Shown piece after piece: positions 32,986-46,689 of a stretch of 64,000 nucleotides of DNA. The notes beneath the pieces are model-generated. The model did not search any database and was not told the origin of the DNA. It saw nothing but the letters and a program-made list of their open reading frames with translations. The number at the start of each line of letters is the position of its first letter. Position 1 is the first letter of the stretch. The stretch is from the human T2T-CHM13v2.0 reference genome, Homo sapiens. Location of the stretch: assembly GCF_009914755.1 (NCBI RefSeq), contig NC_060937.1, one strand, 5' to 3'. The position numbers and the translations under genes were made by a program.

Positions 32986-33399
32986 ACACGTATCTCATAA
33001 CGTTCCATTACCTTATAATTTGTATTAGCATGGTGCCAAGGTAAATTCAATGCACTTTTAATGTTAAATACTAGACTCTACTAAACAAAGCAATTGTGTA
33101 TTACTTTTGAGATACAAGCAGAATCCCAGTGCTCTCAAAGAACCTGATTTTGAGACACAATCATAGCAAAGGAAAGGCTCAAGAGAGTCCGATGGACTAT
33201 TAGGAGGCCCAGTTCTATTTGGGGTATTTTGGTTAAAGTTTATCTCCATTATGTATTAGAAACCAATGGAAAAACAAGATCTGTTCCACAGAATTTTCAT
33301 TACAAATAACATTTTAAAATGTTCATGTGATATTTAGTGATACCTACGTTCCATTTCTTATTGGATTTGAAGGTCTCTTCCATGCCAGATATTGTCATA

Positions 33400-33590
33400 T
33401 GCTTATACAAATTGTTAAATTTCATGTAACCCCCACAATAACCCTGGGAAGCAAAAACAATTAACCTAATTTTACACACACGGTTCAGAAAGGTTAAGTA
33501 ACTTGTCCAAGATAACACAGTGAGCACAGCATGGACCTAAGCCACTGACCCAGATCTACAAACGCAGAGGCCAGGAACTCATTAATGAGT
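33400..33590 (-). mobile_element. MIR fragment
   Basis: 'ggttcagaaaggttaagtaacttgtccaagataacacag' antisense MIR core. Confidence 0.75.
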
Positions 33591-33787
33591 TTTAGTTGCT
33601 TGAAAATAGAGCACGTCCAAGGGAGGCTTTACCCATTCAAAATCTTGCAAACGTTGAATGAAGCAGTGTTAAACAATCACCAGATTGTTTCATTATTGAG
33701 TATCTAATTCAGACCAAAAGAATGCACCTGTCTGAACCCCACTGTCACTCTGTAAGAGCTCATATTCAAACATTCAAGAGTGATTAG

Positions 33788-34128
<341 letters not shown>

Positions 34129-34569
34129 CATTTCTTTTTAACACACTGAGTCTGGATAGTACTTGACCATTAGGGAACAGTATCTTCATTATTCAAATTT
34201 GGGGACAGTACATTACTAAAAATAAATATTATACTCAAAGCAAACTTTTTCAACAGAGAAAAGTTATCGATATAGGGCACAGAACAAATAGAATAAACGT
34301 TTCTCAGGTTTTTTGCCTGCAGCAGAGAGGCAGGTCCCAGGGAATCTCCCCAACTGATCAGCTCCCATCCCATTCACTCATTGCTGTGCTCTCACCAAGC
34401 CACACTTCCCACAATGCCGGCCCAGCACCTTGTTATTTCAGACCTCTGCGTCTTGGGAGGCATTGTTCCCTTAGCAACTCGAAGAAAGAACATTGCCCTG
34501 TGTTCTGCAGGTATAACTGATAAGCCACAGGACTTATTTCTAAACCATGTATAAGATGACACAAAACAG

Positions 34570-34940
34570 TCCTCACTCCTACGCTTTTCCCAGCACCACA
34601 GTGATTGCTCAGACTCCGTCTCTGGAGTTTCAGCCCTTCACAGCCTGGGCCCATTTCCTCAAAAACCCGAAATAGTGGTGAGTCATCATCCTTTGAATCT
34701 GGATTTGACTTTGGAAAATAGCCAAAATCAAATTAGCAAATAATGTGTGTGATCAAACTGGATAATTCCATTTAGGCTAAAAAGTTTTAAGCACAAAAGA
34801 GTGATTTTTCTTGTGAGGCTCATGGACTGGGTCCAATATCAACCACAAAAAAAAAAAAAAGACGAGCTTCAAAAGTATTTTGCTTTTCTATAACACGGCT
34901 CCAAGTAGCTTGAACTCTGCAGTGGTAATGGTGTCAAAGG
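34570..34940. mobile_element. MARNA-like ancient mariner fragment
   Basis: 'tcatcctttgaatctggatttgactttggaaaatagccaaaa...gatcaaactgg' resembles the recalled MARNA consensus. Confidence 0.5.
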
Positions 34941-35597
34941 ATTGGGGTTTATTTAGATATATATGTACACAAATTATATGTACGTACATATATATGTGTG
35001 TATGTGTTCGTACATATGTCATCAAATGCGATTTTAAAAGATCAGTCCTGTGATTTTATTGCCAGCAGGCCTTAAATTATTTCCTGGTAATACGTTTGAC
35101 AATATAAAAAGGTTCCTTATTCTTATTAGATAATTAAGTACCATTTGTTAAGTTGTAAAGATGAATTTTGACATCCTCAGTATTATTTACAGTGACGTAT
35201 TTGATGACTTCCTGGGAGGCTGCTGGTAAGTGGTTAGTGTAAAATGGAATAGCATGGTCTTCTGATCCCCTATGCGATTTGTTGTGGTTGTTGTTGAAAC
35301 GCGTGGCTGTCATGTCAGCGCAGGAGGAACTGCTTTGCACGTGGCTTCTACACAGCTGGCTGCTGTTTGCATCTGACTGAACCTCCCACCCAGATCCCTG
35401 CTAGGCCCCACCTGATAGACGTGAGGTCTCAGCAGTGGAGGTCAGACTGGATGTGCAGCTCAACACTTTAGGTGGAAGGAGAAGAGAAAAAAGGGAAGGG
35501 GACAGGTCTGTGGGGCAGGCCCCTTTTAAACCATTCATTAATCTTTCTTTCACTCCCCTGGGTGGCTTAGAACCCCACAGTGGGTTGTCAACTGTAA

Positions 35598-35964
<367 letters not shown>

Positions 35965-36944
35965 CAGTTTTTCTTTTACATCCAAGTAGCTATTGCTTTT
36001 GTAATCATAGTGAAATAAATTTGAGATTCATGCCATGCCATTCGGTTTGGCTCTTAGAACTGCTTTCTAACAACCCCCACCCCACCACCCGCCATCAGTT
36101 GTGCAGTTTTAAAGGATATAGGTCAAATGGACTCTGATTTGGCCTTTTTATGTTCCAATAGGGGACAGTCCATTTTTGCAATGATCCCTTGAGCCACATC
36201 AGGAAAGGAAAGTAGTGCTGGGGCTCTACTTAACTCAGCTCCTGCCCCGGGAGCGGCCGTCGATGCCCTGGCAGGACACTCTCTCTGCAAAGGTTCTTTT
36301 GGTGTCTTCTGCATTTTGCTCCTGCTCCACTTTCCTACTTCCTTTTATCGCAAATGCAGAGTGTAAACTTGGGTGTCTAAAAGTTCCTTGCATGGGAAAG
36401 AATCATTTTTAACATCGCTAAGAATAATTCCTTATAATACAAACAAACAAGCAAGCAAATATGAAACATCACCTTCTCTGTAAGGCAGTAGCTGGGACCT
36501 AGTAACAGGGGAACGTGGATGGGTGAGGAATGGTATTTCCCATAAACAACAGGACTGATATACAAAACACACTGTGCGCCAAACATATCATTCTGATGGA
36601 AGCAGGCAAACAGTAGCTGGAGATTTCTTTCTTGGCCTACACTCACGCTTTTAAAATATGAACCACTTAACGACATTTACATGCAGTTTGTGTTCAATCC
36701 AGAAGAAGCTTTTGTCAGTTTGAAATAATGTCCTACTAAAGTTTCACATTAAGTCAGATATGATGACCTTATTTTAATTTTGTTATTGCCCATGTAATTT
36801 TGGCCATCTGGGGAGGATCACTGGACAGGAAGTCAGAGGACATTTCTAGCTATCTGACTAAAACTTAATCCATAAAGTAGTGATAATACTTTCTGTGCAT
36901 TTCATAAGGTAATAGGCAGATTAAAATCGCATAATATATAGGAG

Positions 36945-37160
36945 GCAGGCTGGCATAGGGTAAAGAACTTAGGCTTTGGAATCAAACAGTTTAAACCATT
37001 TATTCTTAATATTGGTGTGACTCAATATTGGTGTGACTCCCCACTCAATATTTTCTGAGTGGGGAGTAATAATACTTACCATATGGGACGGCTGTAGGGT
37101 TTTAGATAAAATATGTAAAGTGCCAACCTGAGTCTGTTACAGGACTGGCACTCAGTGACT
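36945..37160 (+). mobile_element. MIR with rearranged core
   Basis: 'ggcatagggtaaagaacttaggctttggaatcaaacag' 5' part and 'aataatacttacc...tatgtaaagtgc' 3' part. Confidence 0.7.
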
Positions 37161-37166
37161 ATGAGT

Positions 37167-37624
<458 letters not shown>

Positions 37625-38254
37625 TTAGTTCAAAACTAACTCAAAATTTTATCACTGAAGTCATGAATATAAAAAATTTTAAACAAATTAGTCTCCAGTC
37701 TAAAAAGAAGTATCGTGTATATTAATGCAATCATAAGGATTAAAAAGAAAACCGGAATTAAGGATAATAGAAACTTCGTGGTTGTTTTCTCCCAGAATAG
37801 AATCAATAGAAATTAAATTAGAATTTTAAAGTTATTATCAATTAAAATTAACATTTCAAGTTTGGTTTAATTATGACTAAGTCTGTACAATATATTTTTC
37901 CTGTATCTTTTGTTTTTATTTTGAAATCTCTAAAGTCATTTCTCTTCAATTTCCCCAGCTCTCCCTGTGATGATCTCCTAGAAGTGACGTGCATTCCTTT
38001 AATGTTAAATATTAAATGGACATGTTTGTCCCTTGGATTTACAAACTGCTTTAAATTAAAAAATTAGCCCAACAGTCAATTCTATTCCTGAAATTTTGAA
38101 GGACTTAAGTCATGATATCAATCACAAATATGAATAAGTAGGAAAACCATATGAATTTCAGGAAATTTTTACCCAGGCAAGTCCTCTCTTAGTGGTGAGC
38201 AGGTAAACTGACTCTTGAGGGGAAAATAAAAAGCTCTCACTCATCAATTTCCAA

Positions 38255-38367
38255 GGTGTCAATATTCCCACCAGGACTGATTTCAGGCTACCAACAGTTT
38301 AACCACCAGCTCACGAAATTTCTATATATTTAACAAGAATCAGGGAAAATGGTTTCCAGCACACGCC
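38255..38367 (+). mobile_element. MER63-like (hAT-Blackjack) fragment
   Basis: 'gatttcaggctaccaacagtttaaccaccagctcacgaaa...ccagcacac', similar to the copy at 53410-53625. Confidence 0.5.
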
Positions 38368-39071
38368 GCCTCTTCCCATTTGAAAGAAAGGGTGTTGGTA
38401 AGGAGAAAGTTCAGGAAGGGAGCTCAGGGAATGAGCCAGTTATAAAAGCGGAAAGGCTTAGGTAGGCGGAAAGGTCACACGTGCAGCATATTACTAGCTG
38501 GGCATCAAACCACTGTGGCTTCCTCCTTTGCTGCAACCCCCTCTCCTCTATGACCATGAAAACACCAGCCAAATATCAAGGGGGTAGCACAAGACCCTCC
38601 CACCTCCAGTCAGTCCTGCCCACCAAATCACATCGCTGCCCATGGCTGCCCCTTTGTCTGCTATTGTGTCTCTCCCTCTGCGAATCAGCTAATTCTCTCC
38701 CTTTCACTTGCTCCCTGTCCATCTTCTCTCTTTCTCTCTTTGCCTCTCCCTGGCTCATTCACTCCTTTTCTTTCTATAGCATCTGTTTCATAATGTTTTG
38801 CAGTGATATTTGGAATAATCTTTTTATGTCTGCCTTGACCCTCCTAAGATTGAAAACTTAATTTGGAACCAAAACCTATGTCTTACTACCCACACTGAAA
38901 CCACAAATGAAGCACTGGATAACTCATTTTTTAATTATCTTGTTCTTTGGCTCCCATCATTTTTTAAAGTTTATATTGCTATTAAGTAGTATTGGGGGGA
39001 AAGGGTCCAAATAATTTAAAGCTTGAATCTAATTATTTATTTAACATCCAGTCTGTGCTTATGTAATTTTT

Positions 39072-39222
39072 CTTTTGAAAACAGTGTCTCGCTCTGTTGC
39101 CCAAGCAGGAATGCAGTGGTACAATCTTAGCTCACTGCAGCGTCGAACTCCTGGGCTCAAGTGATCCACCTCCCTCAGCCTCCCGAGCAGCTGGGACCAC
39201 AGGCAAAAGCCACCATGCTGGC
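39072..39222 (-). mobile_element. FRAM/AluJ monomer
   Basis: Antisense Alu monomer; TSD tgtgct(t/g)at(g/a)taatttt. Confidence 0.88.
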
Positions 39223-39490
39223 TTGTGCTGATATAATTTTGTTGCAAAAGGAATTCAGGTTGTTACTTTTGTCACTGGCAAAAGTACGTACATACTTTTT
39301 TAGGTATCCTTACAATTCCTAGACAAGCAGTGGTCAATTATAATCAACATAAGTTTTAGGGCAATTTGAATTATATACTACTTAAAAAAGGTATCAGAGA
39401 GATTAACCTCTGTTATCTCTCTTCTTGGCCACACTGTGATAGTTATAAAGATAACAACATTATCCAAATAGATAATATTTCCATGGATAT

Positions 39491-39975
39491 TGAGCTAGGA
39501 GGAGGGACTAGACTCTGGAGGCAGGACTTGGACACTGGACCAAATTGAGGACTAGCTAAAACAGAGGCAGAAGCACCTACCAATAAAGGCTGGGGTGGAA
39601 GCACCTCCCCGTAAGACATGCCCATCAGTGTGCCATGTCAGTTTACCATTGCCATAACACCCATAAGTTACCACCCCTTTCCATGGAAACAACCTCACAA
39701 CCTGGAAGTTTCTGCCTAAACTGCCTTTTAATTGGCATATAAAAAGTGGGTATAAATATGACTGCAGAACTGCCTCTGAGCTGCTCCTCTGGGCACACTG
39801 CCTAAGAGGTAGCCCTCTCCTCAAGGAGCAGCATCTCTGCTGCTGCTGTGCACTCTACCGCTTCAATAAACCCTGCTGTCCAACACCACCGGCTCGACCT
39901 CGAATTCTTTCCTGGGCAAAGCCAGGAATCCTTTGGGGCTAAGCCCCAGTTTGGGGGCTTGCCTGTCCTGTGTCA
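39491..39975 (+). mobile_element. ERV1 MER4-group solo LTR (LTR15/MER51-like)
   Basis: TG...CA termini, TATAAA boxes near 39738-39757, AATAAA at 39865, 3' end 'gggctaagccccagtttgggggcttgcctgtcctgtgtca'. Confidence 0.8.
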
Positions 39976-40351
39976 GTGTGGTATGTTTTTTCTTGGACTC
40001 CTTGAACGGCAAGTCGAATAAATACCTTGATGTTCTACATAACACTAGACCACCATTTACTACGGATTGTAATCACAATGACTCCTTATATTTTTATGTG
40101 CTTTTGAACCCAAAAGGGTATATGTGTGTGTATGTGTAGGTATAAGATCATATACGGTATATATGATATATATAACATAGAAAGTCACATTTTATTTACA
40201 TATTAAGTTATCAGATTTTATACATGTTAAACATTTATATACTATACATTTATAATTTTAATGAATAATACGTTAATTTTGAATGTAATTGTTGGTAAAG
40301 CTCTTTAGGAAGGTTAAAAACAGCATTATCTCTATCCTTAAAAAACTTTCT

Positions 40352-41400
<1,049 letters not shown>

Positions 41401-42204
41401 AAGAAAATCTAATCCCCTACTGTAAAAAAAGAACTTCCAAGGTTCCATGGGTATGGCTTATAATGTGTCAGAGACACATTAAGACTTTTAAGATACAGCT
41501 CACTGCAGCCTGAGTGGTAATAAAAGGAAGACTTTGTGAACAAAGAAAGCCTCTTGGAGGCGGTGACTGTGACATTTATTTTTCCTAGATATGTCCAGTA
41601 ATTTATTGAATCCAAGAGAATAATGGAGAAGCAAGAGACCATCAACCTCATCTTTGGTAGCTTTCTCATTTTATGAACAAGGAAGCTGGGTCCCATAAAA
41701 GCTCAGTGACTTGTTACCTTGCTTGCTAAGCTGGTAACAGTTCCCAAAGATGGGTGTGAATGAAGAGGCAGGACAGGTCACTGTCCCCACCATGGGTCCA
41801 TCCCTGCCCCTGAGGTTTGTTTTAAGGCCCGGAGATGGTTCGGTCTTCCAGAGTGCTTCCTGGTTACAGGAATGAGAGCCTCCCAGGGGCAGGGCAGAGA
41901 ATCCTGGAGAACCAAATACAGTAACAAGAGCCTAGAGCTTAGCTTTGGTCAGGAAAGAGAAGTGAGAGATGGAATACTGAGGTACCTATGGGGCAGAACT
42001 TTAAGTCAAGATCCCAAAGGAGCAATGATATTCTTTGGCACATACCTGTTTTTGTTTTAATCAAATGCATAATCTCAGAGGCTTTTCCAGTACATGTTCC
42101 TAAGCAACTTATGCACAACTGATCTTTTAGAAGCAACATATTTGGTGATGCTATTCAGGTAGGTGGGTAGGTAGCTGGCATGTCTTCCATAAATGCCAGC
42201 ATGA

Positions 42205-42445
42205 TAATGAAAATGCTTAATATCTATTTAATTTTACTAAGCGCTATGACAAGCACAGCAAAGTTACCTCCTTTAATACTACAACAATTAGTGTTCATGC
42301 GTTAGACACTATTTTTCTTTTTCATTTTGCAGATAAGGAAACTGAGGTGTAAAGTTAAGAATGTGTTCAAATATCTAGGAGGTAGCAGATTCAAGACTTG
42401 AATGAAGTTTCTCTAATTCCACAGCCAAGGATCTTGAGCACTCAT
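42205..42445 (-). mobile_element. MIR
   Basis: 'cattttgcagataaggaaactgagg' core. Confidence 0.8.
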
Positions 42446-43399
42446 TTTAGAATGTAATCCCCTGTGTGTAAAATTTATGTCTAACATTTCATGATTCACA
42501 GCACCATGTCCTATGACTAAAGAAAGTATTTCACATGACTTAGTAGTCATTCGTCAGGCGCCTACCAATGAAGAATCCTATCAAATGTCCAGCTGGCATT
42601 TTGATCTGTCACTGTTGTAGAAGATGCAGTTTTCAAATTTAAAAGCAACTTAGAAAAGATATAAATATCTCATTTCAGGTAAGGAATGAGTAGGAAATGG
42701 ATTCAGGAGCACAGAGAATCTCAACAACTGATAAGGCTTTAAAAGAAAACTCCAGAAATAACTCTTGGCCACCATGTATTTCTGAAGTGTGAAACTGCAA
42801 CCCATTGCCAGATCCTCTGAACAAAATCTGTGAAAAATCAAAGGACATAATCTGGTAGGATTTCTTCTGCCATTGGAGCTATACTGAGCTGCAGGCAATT
42901 CTGGCTGAAATGTTTCACTCTTCCAAAAGGTAGCAGCTGGCCTCTGGTATAAAAAGCAAATTGGTGAATAAAATTCACACTCTTCAAAATGTGCGAACAT
43001 CGGTGATTTTTTTTCAGCACCACTTTCTTCTAAAGCTAAACCAGAGAGGCAAACACTGACTTTTAAAAATTCCCTTTTTATTTAAATTTCTGTCAATTTT
43101 CTTGGTAAAATGTTTTGTTGAAAGTATTGCATAGACAGGGTTACTGTGCACACATGTACACACACACACACATACAAATACACTGCCCTTCTATCTTCCA
43201 AAACTAAGCGACAAGGTAAAAAAAAAAATCTTTGATCCAGCTAAACAAAGACCTAATTTAATCATGAAATTCTGAAAGTATGACTAAGAGACATAAATAT
43301 GTTGCTGTATTTTTATGAATTTATTAGCAAAACACTTTTGAACGCAGTGTCTAATAAAGTATATTTTCCCTAAATTTAAAATGAAGATGGCCTTACTAA

Positions 43400-43560
<161 letters not shown>

Positions 43561-43650
43561 ACATTAAAGGCATAAAAGTGAGACCTTAAACTGTAAAATT
43601 ATTAGAAGAAAACATAGGAGAAATGCTTCTTGACATTGGTCTGGGCAATA
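43561..43650 (+). mobile_element. Short L1 ORF2 fragment (L1PB/L1MA-like)
   Basis: 'gtgagaccttaaactgtaaaattattagaagaaaacataggagaaatgcttcttgacattggtctgggcaa'. Confidence 0.75.
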
Positions 43651-45090
43651 AATGAACCAATATTAATGCATGGATTATTAACTGAAGTCCATATTTCATT
43701 CATATTTTCTTAGTTTTCACTTAAGTACTTTTTTCTGTTACAGGATCTCCTTTATGACACCACATTACATTTAGTCGTTGTTTTCTTAGGGTCCTTTTGG
43801 CTATTACAGTTTCTTAGGCTTTCTTTGTTTTTGATGACCTTGACAGTTTGAGGGATACTACTCAGAGATTTGCAGGGTATTCCTATGGAGGAATACCCTG
43901 CAAATCTCTGAGTAGTATCCCTCAAACTGTCAAGGTTTTCCTCATGGTAAAACTGAGATTATAGGATTTGGGGAGGAAGACTACAGGGGTAAAGCGGCAT
44001 CCTTATAACACTAAGTGCATACTGTCAAGAGTTCATTCTATCAGCATGACTTATCACTATTGATGTTGACTCTATTCACCTGGCTGAGTAGTGTTGACAG
44101 GTTTTTCAACTGTGAAGTTAATCTTTTATTCTCCTTTCTATACTGTACTCTTTGGAATGAAGTCTCTATGTGCAACTCACATTTTAAGGAGTGGGGAGTT
44201 ATGTTCCACTTCCTTCAGGGCAAAATATCTACCTAAATTGTTTGAAATTCTTGGAGATTTATCTCTCCTCCCCCACTTACTACCTATTCAATCTATTTAT
44301 ATCAGTATGAACCATGGATATTTACTTTATACTTTGGGTTATAATCCAAGGCTACTTTATTGAATGTGTTGGTCAAATTGTTCCAGTTTGGCCATTGTGA
44401 GCATTTTAAATCGGTTCCTGTGTCCTTTTGATGTATCTCCATCATTATGGGTTTGTTTTATTTTGTTTTTATTTTAGCACTTGCTTACTTTTTGGCACTA
44501 TAAGATTCTTCAGGCTGATCAGTATATTTCCTTCCCTAGTCCTAGAATAAGTCATTTTTCCAAGGACCTCTGTTCCCTTTCATTGGAGAATGGTATTAAA
44601 CACCAAAATCCAGGTATTATATGTGTTCATTGCTACTAGGCCCTCTCAGTTGATAGAGCAAAGAAATATACCAACCAATGTATATATACGTACCGAAAAA
44701 TATTTCTATATGTAACCATCTGTGTCTATACTAAACTAAACCTGAGTTCATACTGATGTCTCCAACTCTAATCTACAACTTGCATCATTTTATTCTCCTC
44801 CTTTGCTTATCTGTAACATTCCACTCCAACAGTGAGTACCTGGCTTCCACCATCGGGCATCCATTTACTTAACTGTCCAATTCCAGCATACATCTATAGT
44901 AGCATCAGAACTGTTAACCTGTACTCCTACGGGAAACAACTTTTTAAAATACAGGACAATAATTATGTACAGCTTTTTTTGCCTTCATCTTACAGATTTC
45001 ACTCACTTCCGATGTTACTTTGTTCAGCACCTCCACCCCCTTGAGTGAGGTTGTTTCATACATTTGTAATACAGTTAGATTGTTTTTGTC
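43651..45090 (-). mobile_element. Ancient L1MC 3' region
   Basis: 'caggatctc...caccacattacatttagtcgt', 'tttgggaggaagactacaggggtaaag', 'gggttataatccaa' L1MC-type motifs. Confidence 0.8.
43837..43936. repeat. Perfect inverted repeat: 48-bp arms, 4-nt loop (ATGG)
   Basis: 43837-43884 is the exact reverse complement of 43889-43936. Confidence 0.99.
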
Positions 45091-46689
45091 TCATCCATTG
45101 TTCTCTAAAAAGAAAAAGGAAGCTGAATATATTAACCTGCTTCATTGTATTCTAAATGCCAGAATATTTAAAATAGAATTATATTTTAGTCTAGGTTTCC
45201 AAGTATTTTAAACACTCTGCTTGAATTCCATGGCTGTGGAGTTTATTCACGGTGCTTTTAATACACACTCTTGTACACATGCACACATACACAGTTACCT
45301 ATACTTCAATCCACTCACTTTAATGAAATTTTATACATTCTAAATGCTGAAATATTTCAAATTTTAGCTTCTAGTAAGATAAATGATATCTTTAACAATT
45401 ATGCATTAGTAAGAATACGAGAATACAAATTCATTCTCTCAAAAATGACTCTATCTATAAGGAATTTTTATTGTCTCTTCTTCTCTTGCCCCATATTTGG
45501 GGAAAATATTCCCTTGGCTACTCTGTTCCTCCCATTACTAGAACAATTCAAATTGGGGACAGGACAAATGGGGGCTGTGAACACAGTGTAAAGCCAGAGC
45601 TTTGCTTCAGTGGCTCAGGTCTTTACTCCAAAAGAAATGGTAACACACAAGGCAAGGATGGATCACACATGAGGGAATATTTGGCATCCTGTCCAGTTTT
45701 ACATCCTGATTGAGGACAATTTGTGTGGGACTGACACAGGCCATTTCCACGCATATCCTAAATTTATTAAACATGGTTATTAAATTATGTCTGTCTGTAT
45801 TTCTCACAATATACAGTATGGATAAAACTACTTTCTCATTTCCTTTTTCATTGCAACCTGATTTAAAACAGGGATGTTTGCTCACTAAATTGGTTGAGAA
45901 ACTAGTGGCTAAATTTGAAACCACCACCTAAATTTAGACAGTCAAAATTGCCCACCAATGAAACATTCTCCACCTCCTATCCACAATACAACCATTGTTC
46001 TTCTATGTGTGTCCTTATTTTTGACCAAAGCTGTCAATTAAGGTAAGTCCCAACAATTCTCTAAAACATGGAGGAGAGAAAATGTTCAAATAACAATATT
46101 ATGATCAGGGCTTCCAAAGGGTACAAACAGCTACAAAACCATAAAACACAGCTAAATGTGAAAGTCAACACTACCAAGCCAGAGGCTTTCAATGAATTCC
46201 CTCTTGAAAGAGGTCTCTAGTAGGCATCTAATGGAGCCACCAATATGGTTCTGACTCACACACTCTGCATCCCTGAAGAAAGGGATCATAACAGAAACTC
46301 AAGGCATTTATTTTAAAGGAAGTTAGAGCAAGAAATCAAAAGAATTTTTTGTCTGTTCTGTTCCATTTTAATAACTTTTCTTTCTAAATGAATTCTGGTG
46401 AGAAAACATTCAAACACATTTAAGGTGGTCTAATACCCAATTATTGAGAATTATTCACTTTCTTCTACATAAGCATATATTTGTTCACTCAAATTAAATC
46501 TGTGGCCCACTTAAAATCAGATGGAGTAACATCACTGCACTTAATATTTAGAGGGAAAAAAAGTTTGTTTTACATCCCACTTAACTGGAAAGCAGTTAAA
46601 ATAAGAAAGCCATTAATTCTTTAAAAAAATTCTTGAACTTCCTTTTAGAAAATGTTAGAAAGTAAAGATACAGTCATTTACAGCATTTA

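Noticed and set aside
42621-42678. Possible plus-strand exon (tgtag ... CAG|GTAAGG)
   Set aside because: Stops in all three frames and a modest acceptor; such motifs are expected by chance.
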